A DNA stretch of 62,780 nt, filler included, from Asterionella formosa (GCA_002256025.1; 32 parts of 32 records of this genome joined end to end with filler, not necessarily neighbours in it); one strand, 5' to 3'. Positions 50,631 through 62,780 are shown, counted from the whole stretch's first letter. Notes: a model not told the origin generated them from the letters alone. Made by a program: numbers and translations.

Positions 50631-51866
50631 TCTCAAACAACAAGGTCCCTTCAGAGCGCAGGAGCCGACCTAACGAGTCCCTGGCGAATTGCCGAACTCG
50701 CAATCCATGCTATAAACAACACCACGGTGGGGAAACTGAAAGCCTGCTCACTTGCAACTTTAGATGAGTTAGTACAAGCACGATCACCCAAAGATGTCCT
50801 CAACGGTCCAATCACACTATACCACATGGCATGCCCTCATGCAGATCACGCCGCAGGTTACCAAAAACTAATGGAACACCAAACAAGGCTCACTTTGGAT
50901 GAACAAGCAAACGAAGCGGATCACCACCGAACAAAGTCAACCACAAACATTCAATACACAAATTTAGGAGATGACTCCATCGAATCAGTTGCAAAAACAT
51001 TGATAAACTTTTTAATCTTACTCCGAACACTTGCCAGAACACCTTCAACAATTCCAAACTCACAGGTGTCTGCATTGACAAACATTTTGTCAAGCTTGGT
51101 TGATACAACTTACCATGTTACCGCCAGTGCCCCCAGACGCACCAGCTTTCAAGCCATACCCAAAGCTGTACCTTACATTCTCCAGGTAGCTGCAACCACG
51201 GTTGCAGCTGTTGCAGACATCAGCCACAACCCAGAAATCCGTCACGCTATTCTTCATGGTCAACCCATTTATGACAACCACCCTGCCTTCGATGATTTTT
51301 ACAACAGTTGTCGCACAGTGAACAATATCAACGCAGACATACAATGCAGTGCACCAACTTTTAACTCATTGTTATGCAACAGGCTTTTCATAGAACAAAG
51401 CCCCACACAAAACAAAACAAGCTCTACAGATTCCGACAAGTCTCTCCAGAGTTATGACCAGCAAACAAACAAACGAAGAACCAAAGATCGACAAAAGGTA
51501 TTTGACAAAGATGTCGACAAAAACATTCCCACACAAACAAAGAAACCAAGAGCTGAAAATCCCATCTCAACAGTAACTTACATCAGTTTAGTCCACCCAG
51601 TTCCGGCTGATTGGAAAGTACGGGACCATAATCCTTTGGTAGTCCCAGGATCAAATGATGTAAAAGATATTGTGTGTTTTGCACACATTACTGAGCACCA
51701 AGTATGCCGTCGACCAAACTGCCGATACCGTCACCCCACCAAACCATCTGAAATCGGCACCATAGCCGAAGCCAAAAAATTCGTCAGTTGGGTTGACAAT
51801 GACTCCACCATCACTTGGGTGGGAGACACAAAAAAGAAAATCATGGATTGGATCCAGCAGATGTGA
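50631..51866 (+). mobile_element. Probable gag-like ORF1 of a tyrosine-recombinase (DIRS/Ngaro-type) retrotransposon, 5'-partial
   Basis: About 410 codons open, A/C-rich coding strand, terminal C-x9-C-x4-C-x3-H finger followed by WV...ITW; assignment is recall-based. Confidence 0.45.
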
Positions 51867-51991
51867 GTAAACTAGAAAAACAGTTACACATNNNNNNNNN
51901 NNNNNNNNNNNNNNNNNNNNNNNNNNNNNNNNNNNTTAATTAATTAANNNNNNNNNNNNNNNNNNNNNNNNNNNNNNNNNNNNNNNNNNNN

Positions 51992-53154
51992 TTGCAATGT
52001 TTGTAGGTTATGTTGTCTCCAAGCTAATTCTAGGGATTCGCGCAATGTTTTCTTGTGAGTGTTGTATGCGCTAATGTATTCGGGTTTTGTGATAACATTG
52101 TGAATTGTATTCATATCCTCTTTGTACAAGGATCCTCCTTCTTTGATTTCTTCATTCACAGTAAGTATCTTCACAATGCTTGCTCTGTATATTCTGTATC
52201 TTGATTCTCCTAGCATGGATAAGATTTGCAATATTGGTCTTCTTATGAAAGTGAAAAATATTTTCATAGTAATGATTCCATTGCTACGTAATATTTCTTT
52301 GAATTCGTCTTCAATGCCCATTATGTTAGTTAACATTGTTCCAAGTTCATTCTCCATTTCTGCTTCATTATCAATGTCTTCATCATTGTCATCCCAGGCC
52401 ATTTCATAACTCTCTGGGATAATTGGATTAGTACTCATTGTTTAATAGTTGTTGTTGTTTTGTCTCGTTGCTATCGAGAGTCGTTTTATACTCTGTACGG
52501 AGTGGTTATATATGGGATCTCAACAGGTTTCTCTTCCTTGTTGGGGCTTACAGCCTCTTTTGGTTTTCTAGTATCTTCCGCAGACACGCGTATCCATACC
52601 AGCAGAGGACTCTCTACTCTGATCAATGTCGACTCCTTGTCCTAAGCTCGACACCTGCAACCTTGTCCTTGACACAGTTGACTTCTTTCCTGTCTCTGTC
52701 AGTATTCACTGTAACTTGGGCAGACACGCCGTTGCTTCGCAGTGACTCTTCTCTTTCTTCACTTGCTCACGGTGAGCGGAATGGGTCTGATAAACTAGTG
52801 GAGGGAAAATGGGCTGGCTAACCTTGTTAACCAGAAACCGTCTTAAACAGTGACGATATTCTCAGTGGCAATACCGGATAATATAGGTTAAAATGTAAAA
52901 CGTAAACTAAAATTATGATATAAACTGTGAAAAATGGAAATGATCTCCAATGGTCAATCCATTCCTCTCTTCCTGTAGGTTAATACTAATTCCATACGTA
53001 AATAGTGCATACGTAATCCCCGAATTGACGTGGTATGCAACCATACGTATTCCTTTTTCTCAAATTCTCAAGATCGGAACATATCCAGCTGTTTTGATCT
53101 TCCTCTATATATAGTAAACCCCTAATACATATGATACCGATATAAATGACATCA
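51992..53154 (-). mobile_element. Probable LTR retrotransposon 5' end (candidate LTR about 52825-53154; ORF starts at 52438)
   Basis: TG...AACA-bounded segment followed by AGGTTA, a leader, and an A-rich ORF running into the gap. Confidence 0.4.
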
Positions 53155-53352
53155 TGCTCTATCCAGGCACCACAGCCCGCCCAGTATCATGCATTTTGGC
53201 TGCTTGACAATTGCTGGTACCTGGTACCAGGTACGCACCTTATGGTGTGTGGNNNNNNNNNNNNNNNNNNNNNNNNNNNNNNNNNNNNNNNNNNNNTTAA
53301 TTAATTAANNNNNNNNNNNNNNNNNNNNNNNNNNNNNNNNNNNNNNNNNNNN

Positions 53353-54351
53353 TGTTCTTGATGTTATCGAGAGCAATGAACCATTCATCTGGGTCTGCTT
53401 TAGTACTCTCCAAAGTACAATCGTTGAATTCACCTGTTAGCTGAATCAAATCAGTAACTTGATGAGGAGCATATCGATCCTCCAAATACTGCCAGGCAAG
53501 AAAAGCATCTCCATCCATCAAATCATCTGTCTTGGCAGAATTCACAATCCCAAATGCAATCCCACTGACACTAAGAATCAATAGCTGATATGCCTTGTCA
53601 TTCAACTCATACTTCTTCTTCTCGTCATCATCAGTAGACACCAAATAGGCATCATCGTCGATTGGCTTCGTGTCTTTGGCATAAACATGCCTAAAACCTT
53701 TAGATTTCGCAAGCTGAAGAGTCTTGATATTCCACTCATGCCAAGCAGTTTCGCTTCCATCAAACTTGATCAAGCGAACAGTCTCACCTGATTTCTCATC
53801 GGCCATAACCATGTCTCTAGACCTGTAGACTAGGTTCGTTTTAAAACGTGTTAAATTGTCTAGTTTAAATATCACAGATCTTACTTTTAAGATCTCTAAA
53901 GCTGAAAACGTATTTTCACTTTACACTTTGTAATATTGTGAGCTTTCTGTTAATAGTCTATCTAGTCTTGTTCTTGCCTGATTACTCATGTAATCCCGAA
54001 CAAGACTTCTCACACTTTCCTTGATCCCGTCAAAATGATCTTGCTTACTTTGACAATAAGTAAGCATATTCATTTGACAATAAGTGAGCAGCACTTATTC
54101 TTTTGACAATAAGTGAGCATCTGATTCACTTGTCAATAAGTAACATCTCCAGTCATTTGTCAATAAGTAAACATCTCCAGTCATTTGTCAATAAATGTCG
54201 AGATGTTTTGGGTCTTGGTTTCTAATCACTACTAAGAATATTGATTCTCGATTTGTTGGATTCCATATATTTTATCACATACATACGTGTTGGCATACCG
54301 GTACTCCTGATTTATATACGTGTTTTGGCGTTGAGCAAAATTATGTCTACA
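53353..54351 (-). mobile_element. Ty1/Copia 5' end: LTR end at 54254, PBS, leader with TTGACAATAAGT repeats, gag start at 53812
   Basis: Near-identical to 20484-21100; ...TCCAACA then AATCGAGAATCA junction. Confidence 0.85.
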
Positions 54352-54714
54352 TTACTGTAAAGCAACTGAGATAAACCAATAAGGTTTTTTTAAATGTATC
54401 ATACGTGAATCTATCGGTAGATCCACTTTTGTATGAGGAGTTTGTTTTGTTATTCCAAGACAGAATCATGAGGGATATCTCCAGCCGCAATCTATTCTTC
54501 TTGTATACTAAGGAATGCCTTCCCTTCGGTCGATTGGAGTCCATCCTCAGCTACAAGAGAAGCTTGCAGCGTTGAAGCCTCCCATTGAGACGCCACAAGC
54601 ATTGTTGTCGCGGGNNNNNNNNNNNNNNNNNNNNNNNNNNNNNNNNNNNNNNNNNNNNTTAATTAATTAANNNNNNNNNNNNNNNNNNNNNNNNNNNNNN
54701 NNNNNNNNNNNNNN

Positions 54715-55746
54715 CTCGTTTCATCACGTTTACAAATCAAAAATCCGTTGTTGTTTCTGATCGTCATCTTATCATCGTCAAACATAACTTTATTTCCCTT
54801 GTCAATAATTCTCGAAATACTGATAATGTTCTGCTTGAACTCCGGTGCATAGAGCACATTGGTGAGTTTCAACACTTTTCCTTTGTCTGTCGTCGTAAGG
54901 GTCACCGTGCCTGATACGGTCGCAACAATTGCTGCGCCGTTTCCCACAAGAACAGTTTCACGCACTGCGCGCTTGTCCTCCATGATGCGCTCATCATTGC
55001 TTATATGTACCGTAGCGCCACTATCTAGTAGCCAACGGTCCTTATGCACGCACGTATAATTTACCTCTTCATTGTACCTTGCCTCAATACACGTCACCAC
55101 GAACATTCCTTGCGTAGTAGTATTGGCGTCTTCTCCCTTCTGTTTGATTGGTGCATTTTTTTGATTGTTGCACTCACTGGCATAGTGCCCCATCTTCTGG
55201 CAATTATAACACTTCACATTCTTTCTCTTATTTCGTTGCTCGGGAGTTAATTCTCTCTTTTCTGTAGTATTGCCCTTGCTTCGGCAATCAACTGCCTTGT
55301 GGCCATACTTGCCACACTTCCTGCAGTCTCCCTTAAACTTGCTTTTTGAAAAGAAGGCCTGCTCGCCATTCTTATTCGTCTTGGTTTCGTCACGCACATA
55401 CAAATTGTAATAGTCGCGTACATTCTTCTTGACCTCTTGGATCGTGAGCTCGGAGCTCGCGAGACCAAATTTTCCAACCACCAAACTCTTGTAGACTTTC
55501 GGTAGGTTGTTGATAACATGGGCCACATAGGCACCATCCGAAATTGCGGAGCTCGTATGACTCAATCGTTCTCGAATTCTATCCAACTCCACAAACCAAA
55601 TGTCGGGGTTCTCATTCTCGTTAATCGTGCATTTTGTCCACTGACCTGACAAGGCAATCACATTTGCCATATTACTTGACTCGTACGTAGACACTAACTT
55701 GTCCCACGCTTCCTTCGCATTTCCATTGGGGAACTCTTCACTTCTG
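54715..55746 (-). mobile_element. Ty1/Copia gag-protease fragment related to 13661-14925
   Basis: CRKCGKYGHKAVDC, CYNCQKMGHYASEC, WLLDSGAT; interrupted at 55747. Confidence 0.93.
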
Positions 55747-55976
55747 CATCTAAGCCGCGTATTACGTGAAGTGACCATCACATAAATAAGCCTAGTTGAT
55801 TTTGAATGCATCACATGAATTAGTTGAATACATCAAAATACGTAGTTGAATATATCTATATATTATCTGAATACATCACGTTAAATATTTGATCAAAGTA
55901 TCATGCATGCATTCCTGATCATCACTATATTATGTGATCACGTTCACATAATTATTTGAAATACTTCACATAATTA
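55747..55976 (+). mobile_element. CATCTAAGCCGCG-terminus element inserted in Copia gag
   Basis: Same 13-nt terminus as 60409 (12/13 with 4950), at the point where gag similarity stops; different interior, so possibly the opposite end. Confidence 0.7.
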
Positions 55977-56627
55977 NNNNNNNNNNNNNNNNNNNNNNNN
56001 NNNNNNNNNNNNNNNNNNNNTTAATTAATTAANNNNNNNNNNNNNNNNNNNNNNNNNNNNNNNNNNNNNNNNNNNNTAAAATGCCTTGGAAGAGGTTCAA
56101 TGTTGTCTCAGTCCCACCTATAAGCACTGCCATTAACACATATTGCTCATGCAACGCCTCAACCACTGTAGTGTCATTGCATGAAGAGGAGCATTGAAGC
56201 ATCATATCATTCTTGATGCTTGATAATTCACGAATCTATACATCGTTGCTTTGACACTCCAATGGAAATGACACCTTCATTTAAGTATTCAAAGCTGGGT
56301 TATACATATGTTTACATCACAATTTTAGTTAATGCCGCATTATTTACAAGTGATCTCCTTTCTAGGATTGTGTTGAACAGTTTTTGGTGATCTCTGGACG
56401 AGTGCATCATCCTGATCACATACCATAAGCTAATTTTAACAATACCGAAAAATTCGATTTGCCCCCTTCATATTGCCCGTAAAAAAAATTACTTATGTAA
56501 GTTGGTAGATGCTATGTATCTGTAGCTCTCACGCAGTAAAATTTGCTAATTATTGTTTTTATAAAAGAGTGAGCTTAATGTAAATGTAAATTTGAATGTA
56601 TGATTTTGAAACTTCCAAGCTCATGCA

Positions 56628-57115
56628 TGTTTCAAAATAGAGGTGATCTTCAGAGGCGAGGTTCATTTGTGTTCCCAACTTGAACTGAGAATAAACTACA
56701 TCCTCTTCCTAAATACACATTTGTCTTAATCTTGGCCTGTCTCAACTTAGGCCAGATGCTGTTGGATCGAAGACTGCTTACAGAATGATCCTGTTAATCA
56801 TAACTAGATCATATCTAGTTTGCTTCTTTAATGTTCCTTGATGTTGCGGACATATCTGTAATTGTCTAGTCAATCATTTATTGATTTGGCTTCTAGGTCT
56901 GATCGTCTTCTAGAGTCCATTTAACAGGTTAGAGAGAACTTCTCCTGAAAGTTCCTCTCTCAACTGTGGCATTTTACACGCGATATTTAACCATGTAATC
57001 TTGAATCAATCATCTAGTGGATTGTGGTACATGTTCCTAATCAGGTCACTAGAGGCGAAAATATATTGACACTCATAACCTGATCAGGAATCAGGAATCT
57101 CTATGTGTTTCAACT
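56628..57115 (-). mobile_element. Solo LTR (488 bp) of the 4102-4949 Copia family
   Basis: Matches 4722-4949; element-sense ends AGTTG...AAACA; flanks ATGCA and ATGTA form a 4/5 TSD. Confidence 0.8.
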
Positions 57116-57437
57116 ATGTAGAGCCCAAAATTTACCAGGTACCCGGGTGGCAAGATGAAATAGCTTTCTCGTACAAACACATGTGTCCTTCTGGCGTGTC
57201 TTGATCCTTGAGCAAAATTTCTCGTTACTAGTAAATTTCGATGATGTTGAGTAACATGGCTCGCATGCATTGCTTTCCTTCCTCGATCCTTCATCAGCAC
57301 TTACTGCAGCGAATATTGGTTCTCAAGCGTAATATCCNNNNNNNNNNNNNNNNNNNNNNNNNNNNNNNNNNNNNNNNNNNNTTAATTAATTAANNNNNNN
57401 NNNNNNNNNNNNNNNNNNNNNNNNNNNNNNNNNNNNN

Positions 57438-58698
57438 TTGTTCAGGACTTAAACAAAGCAAATAAATCTTCTTAAACTTTGTAAGCCATCCCGCCTTTTT
57501 ACACATTTCTGTAAACTTTTTCAGTACATTGTGATGTTTGGAAACATGTACCTGGACACCACACACACTATCGCCACACTTCCAGATGAGATCAGAGTTT
57601 CGGGGAACATACATTCCATTTTTGTTCATGATTTTTGGCAACACATTGGAGGGAAGGGGATCTATTAAGGGAAAGTTACTCTTTGGGGGAAAAGTTTCAA
57701 TGAGATTGCATTTCTTCAATGCCGAAAATCCTTTCAAAAAAGTAACATTTGCATTGATTGAACAGTGCTTGATCACCAAGAAATTCAAAAATCCGACCAC
57801 GAGTGCCATTTGTTGTACTAAGGTTGGCACAGACTAACAAAAGTAATTCCTCGTGTGTTTCGACATATGCCAGTATGTCCTCCCAAAAGAAGGTTTGATA
57901 TGCTACCAACACCAAAGGATACAATGGCTCGTAGTGATGAGTGAGACCCTCCAATACTTTCTGTCATAATACATGGCATTGCCTGTATTTGACAAAATGC
58001 AACCAACTGCTGATGTTGTGATACCCTCATACTCTAATTCCGTTTTCGTGTCATGCAATTTTCCAAGAGAAAATAGAATTGAGCACAATTCACCCTTTTC
58101 ATAATTGGCAATTGAAAAGTTGAAGGAAATCAGATTCCTCACTTGTAAGGGCACCCCACCAGTCACCTTTAATATTTCTTTGCCGTCATTCCGTATAGCC
58201 ACTTTAAAGGCAAGCTCTATTTCTGCTAAATTCATTTTGCAAGGGTGATTGTATTCCTCAAACCCGCGATGACTTTCCCTCTAGGCAATCTCGTTGTTTG
58301 CGGAAGCCGAAATGATGGAGACAATGCGGTCGCCCTTCATTATGCTGTTGATGACACGAAAAGGAAAGGGAAGCGTACCCAGATCAACAGATTTGTTTAG
58401 CTCTGGTCGAGCAAACAATCTGTTAATCTGATCGGAAACTAGGACCCATTTCTTCTTCATATGTTGAAGAATCAAGTCAATGGCATTGACAAAAGTATTG
58501 AGATCTCTCATTTTTTCGTCCTTGTCTGAGCCTACCTTCCATGAGAGAGCCGGTAAGGAAGTACCAAATGATCTACAGATTGCAGTGTACAACTCGTTAA
58601 CATCATTCCATTCTTGACAGTCTGGAATGAAAGTTACGAGGTACTTGCAGCTGCTGTTATATTTCAGGTTACGAACCAAGTTGACAAGTGAGTGCGAC
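57438..58698 (-). pseudogene. Crinkler/RHS-like NTPase plus restriction-endonuclease-fold pseudogene
   Basis: SHSLVNLVR, VLVSDQIN (Walker B-like), IISASANN, TGGVPLQV, RGRIFEFLVI, YVP..SDLIW....CGVQVHVS; in-frame TAG at 58281 and frameshifts. Confidence 0.7.
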
Positions 58699-58798
58699 NN
58701 NNNNNNNNNNNNNNNNNNNNNNNNNNNNNNNNNNNNNNNNNNTTAATTAATTAANNNNNNNNNNNNNNNNNNNNNNNNNNNNNNNNNNNNNNNNNNNN

Positions 58799-60059
58799 CC
58801 TTGTGCAATTCTTCCTGTTTAGACATATCTTCTGCAACGTGATCTTCAGCTTCTCGTGCGATTTCCTCTGCGTCGCCAAGTCTCTGCTGGAGACCCACGA
58901 TCACTGCATCCTTTGCCTCGACTTCTAGACGAATTTGTTTTAGCTCAGAGTTTGCGGTGGATGTCAGAAAAAGCAACTCGGTCTTTTCCGTCGTGGAATT
59001 ATTTAATTCTTCTGCCAAAACACCTGTGCGATGTTCAGCAATATTTGCCCGATCAGTTTCAAGGTAAATTTTCTCTCGTGCCTCCTTGAGGAAAATTTCT
59101 AATGTTGATACTTCTTTTGATAATACAGCAACTAGTTGCTTTGATTCCTCGAGCTCATCTGATGAGGAGGAAATCTCAGCTGCTGAAGTCTCCGATGTTG
59201 CTAGGGTATTTTTCGATTCGTTAAGTTGCTGTCGTAGCATGTGCACCTCCCTTCTCAAATCGTCGCGTTCTTTAACTGCCGCACCCAAATCACGTGCACC
59301 AAGTCGTAGACTTTTAAGCGACTGTCGCGCCACGCCCGACCGAATCGCACATTGCAAAACCATTATAGCATGGATTTTTGCAGTATAACTCTTTTGGTGA
59401 ATGTGTCTCCGCCAATTTTTCTGCAAAGTAGTCGCTTTTCGTTCACGGTCCATTTTTTCGTATTGACGACGAGCGATCCGCCCTCGTTGGACCTTCTGTG
59501 TCCACTTCATGACTGCAAGGATCATACCATACTGATCTTGGGCGGCATGCCTGCGCCATCTCGTCTGGATACGCATGGCTCGATCATTGCGCCTTACTTT
59601 CTCGACAAAGGCGGCAGCCATTTGCATGCGGACCAGACATTGAACTTGGATGACAGCCTTGCGCATGATTTGATATTCTCGTCGAATAACATAACCCCTG
59701 CCCACTGCTTGCATCATTATTGTAGCATCCTTCATTTTGCCACCCCTCAGTTGCTCCATAATCTCGTACGCTCGCCTACGAAGAAAGACTTTTGTCTTGC
59801 CAACTTGGATTCCAACTGATATGAGATCTGGCGGGAAGTCATCGTTTTTCTGGTCTAATTCTTTTAAGTCTTTGCTTTCTTTGCACTGCACTTTCCACAC
59901 CTGTCCCGATAGCGCATTCACCAAGACAATCACTGGCTTGATTCGCTTTGTCGCCCGTTGGGCTTTCTTCAATTCATGCAAGCCTAGAATTCCATATCGT
60001 GAGACGAATGCAACGTGGCTAAATCGTTGAGGATATCCCACTCGAGAAACTCGAACAGC
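58799..60059 (-). CDS. Myosin heavy chain fragment (motor C-terminus, IQ motifs, coiled coil)
   Basis: AVRVSRVGYPQR, QVGKTKVFLR, about six IQ-like motifs (e.g. IQTRWRRH, LQKNWRRH), heptad-rich tail. Confidence 0.95.
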
Positions 60060-60159
60060 NNNNNNNNNNNNNNNNNNNNNNNNNNNNNNNNNNNNNNNNN
60101 NNNTTAATTAATTAANNNNNNNNNNNNNNNNNNNNNNNNNNNNNNNNNNNNNNNNNNNN

Positions 60160-60409
60160 CATAATTAACACTCGTACGTAGACGAAATTTCGAAAAAGTC
60201 AAATGAATTATTTGAAACATCAACTAATTCAGTCTCGCGTTCAAAATTCATTGTGAAAAATTCACATGAAACAGTTAAAACTTCACATGAAACCGTTAAA
60301 AGGAATCTTTTTTACGTGAAGAGTGGCATTAATGCATGTGAAGTACCACATAATTAACACTCATACGTAGACGAAATTTCGAAAAGTGGCGTATTTCGCG
60401 GCTTAGATG
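60160..60409 (-). mobile_element. Further copy of the CATCTAAGCCGCG element end
   Basis: Reverse complement of about 4950-5200. Confidence 0.8.
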
Positions 60410-62780
60410 TAATTAATGGAAACAGACACTACAAAGCCTTTGCAGCATTGTGCACAAACATATAAGTGCGGTTTCTTACCTCGTAATTTGGTTGATTTTT
60501 ATCGTTCGTCCTGAGGAAGTGTAGAAACTTTGAGTGGCAGCAGCGCACACGAACAGCGATACAATTTTATAGTTTGCTTCCGGTCTACCACAGTACCAAT
60601 CATAAGCCCCTTGGTAGCCACAGTTGAGAAGCAAAACAATCATATAACTTAACTCTTCCCACCGGTTGGTTTGATAATAGTAGAAGGCTCTAGGTCACCA
60701 TTCCCTCATCAGTTTTTTAGTATGTGGAACAGAACGCACCATTACCGGTATGAATTTTTTAACAATATCTCAACATTTCCTCTTCTTCAAAAAGTGTGTA
60801 TAACACACATCTCTGTATGTCCAGTAACTTTTTTGAAGGAACATTTAATACCCTACCAGTATGTATGGTTGGATAAACAAGACTTAACAGGAATTCGAAT
60901 ACGGCACCCGATATACTTCCAGTTATCATATCCTATATAGTGGACAGTGCACACCATGTATCATAGGTACATATACATACCATCAAATTTTACTGGTACC
61001 TGGTACTTACATGATGGAGGAAAATTGGAACTTATATGATGCTCAGTAGAGTACAGTAATAGGACCTTGTACGTCACCGTTATCCAAGCAGGAACTACCC
61101 TGGTACCGTACATTTCGTCTATGTTCCTGTTGGTACTGTTCTAACGTTCAAATTTGGTTACAGTATTAATCAATACTACCGGCAAGTATTTGAACATGAT
61201 TGAAAACACTTGAAGTTCATTATTATGACATAATGCCGAAGTACTCAGATAGGTAGTGAATGATAAATTAACATTTCTGTATGATCTAAGAGGCCAACTC
61301 CCTTTTTAATCTTGGCGCGCCAAAAATAATATCAGACTTTTCTCTTTTATTATTGTTTCATTCTTTGATTTTAAAGCATCAGCGGCCCATTTACCTTGAC
61401 TCCTGTACATTGTTATCGTCNNNNNNNNNNNNNNNNNNNNNNNNNNNNNNNNNNNNNNNNNNNNTTAATTAATTAANNNNNNNNNNNNNNNNNNNNNNNN
61501 NNNNNNNNNNNNNNNNNNNNCTGCTGCACTCGCACTGATGGGCTCGCTGCCATCTGCGGGCGGCTCCCGGGGGGTCTCTGTTGTGCAACAGCTTGCTGGG
61601 CATGGTATTGGTGGTCGGCCATGCTCAACTTTGGTTATGTCGTCGGATGGCGAATCATTCGACGAAATATAATTACGTGCATGCCGGTAATAGAGGACGA
61701 CTGTGTCTTATTAACAAGGAACGTAGGTATCATCGGTAGTGCTAGCATATAATCAATCACATATAACGGTATGTATGTAGGGCGGTTGCTTTGTTGTATC
61801 ATTGTACCCAAGCGTGTCGAACCCTGGTAACCCCAGTAGGTACCTGGTACTGTACTGCAGGATCTACCAGCAAGGAACGGTACCAAGGTATCATTCATTG
61901 GGAGACTACTTGCTATATGTACTGGTATGGTACCAGTACCCAACGATAAGTTCCCTGGAGTACCAGGTACCAGGTACCTTTTACCTGTTTGCGAGCATGT
62001 AACGGTACCCCTGGTGATAGGTAGTACTGGTACCCTGTACCAGTTATCTGGTACCTGGTACACAACTTTACCTTTTTCGATGGCGTACAGCACCGTAGCA
62101 TGTCCTGTATGATCAAGGTACAGTACCTGGTACCTGGTATGATTGTTTGCCGCGCTGCAGGCATTGTGGCCGTTAATGGTATCCATTCGACTCATGACAC
62201 CATCGTAGCTTTGGCGAACAATCAAAGTCGGATAACGAGCATACCGGACAACCGGTGCTAACTAAGACATCCACGATACGGTATACTGTATCGAACTGGT
62301 GGCATAAAATCCATATCTATATATTCAATTATTTAAAATACCACATTTTTTGTTGCATGAAAATATATAAAACTTTGCTGCCTCGCCAACCCCAACGGAC
62401 AACGAAGCACCACCACAGCCACATGCACCAACAGCCCAGTGTGGGGGAGTGGGGTGTACGTATTCCTTGAACATGATACATTCCGGTAGGTAGGTCATAC
62501 ATATCGGGGGCACCAGGTACCTGTTAGACTACCTCGTACTGGTTCCAGAAACCTGGTAGGAGTACCAGGTACTAGGAAGGTTATTCGGAATACCATCTAC
62601 TCGGAGTACCCATTTTACATTTACATAAAAATAGAAGTTTAGCTAAAACAATGTACCGTATACTTCATTGTCCTGGACCCCCCAATGTACACTGCCGTGA
62701 CTGAATTTGACTGATTTTACTTAAGGGGGGCCCAGGACAATGAAGAGATTTCCCTTATAATGGACCTAAGTAAATTTCTT

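Noticed and set aside
1268..61520. Regularly spaced TTAATTAATTAA with about 1.26-kb spacers, resembling an array or cassette system
   Set aside because: Artificial linker inside N runs; the spacing reflects size-sorted contigs.
61635..62225. 196-aa ORF rich in VPGT / YQV
   Set aside because: By-product of GGTACC-rich low-complexity DNA; no protein-like motif.

Overview
This window is not one locus. It is a concatenation of 32 unrelated assembly contigs joined by 31 identical 100-nt artificial linkers (N44-TTAATTAATTAA-N44). Thirty-one contigs are about 1.26 kb and roughly size-sorted; one is 20.5 kb (27304-47803). Adjacency across linkers means nothing, and ORFs ending in X...LIN or X...N are truncated by linkers. 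The DNA is eukaryotic (GT-AG introns with CTAAC branch points) and most likely from a diatom (inference from PT-repeat secreted protein, RXL-motif repeat protein, CoDi-like Copia elements and a PGRL1 fragment). Host genes, mostly partial: serine carboxypeptidase S10, SpoU-type rRNA methyltransferase, a secreted PT-repeat/PLA2-like protein, an ankyrin protein, a TPR protein, a myosin and a 204-aa tandem-repeat protein. Most of the rest is transposon-derived: several Ty1/Copia families, pogo, PIF/Harbinger, a non-autonomous MULE, a Stowaway-like MITE, EnSpm/Plavaka-like and YR-like fragments, and a 187-bp satellite. Best leads: (1) a Harbinger-headed chimera carrying AspRS and PP2C fragments; (2) a multicopy Crinkler/RHS-like NTPase-REase family; (3) a mucin-stalked PLA2-like protein with an Asp-to-Asn change; (4) Copia elements with a non-canonical AG...CA LTR, putative half-tRNA-Pro primer sites and a PDZ-like insert; (5) a tRNA-like Pol III unit lacking an anticodon arm; (6) dense TA-flanked micro-palindrome patches resembling piled-up Tc1/mariner excision footprints. 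All family assignments come from motif recognition by eye, not database searches.
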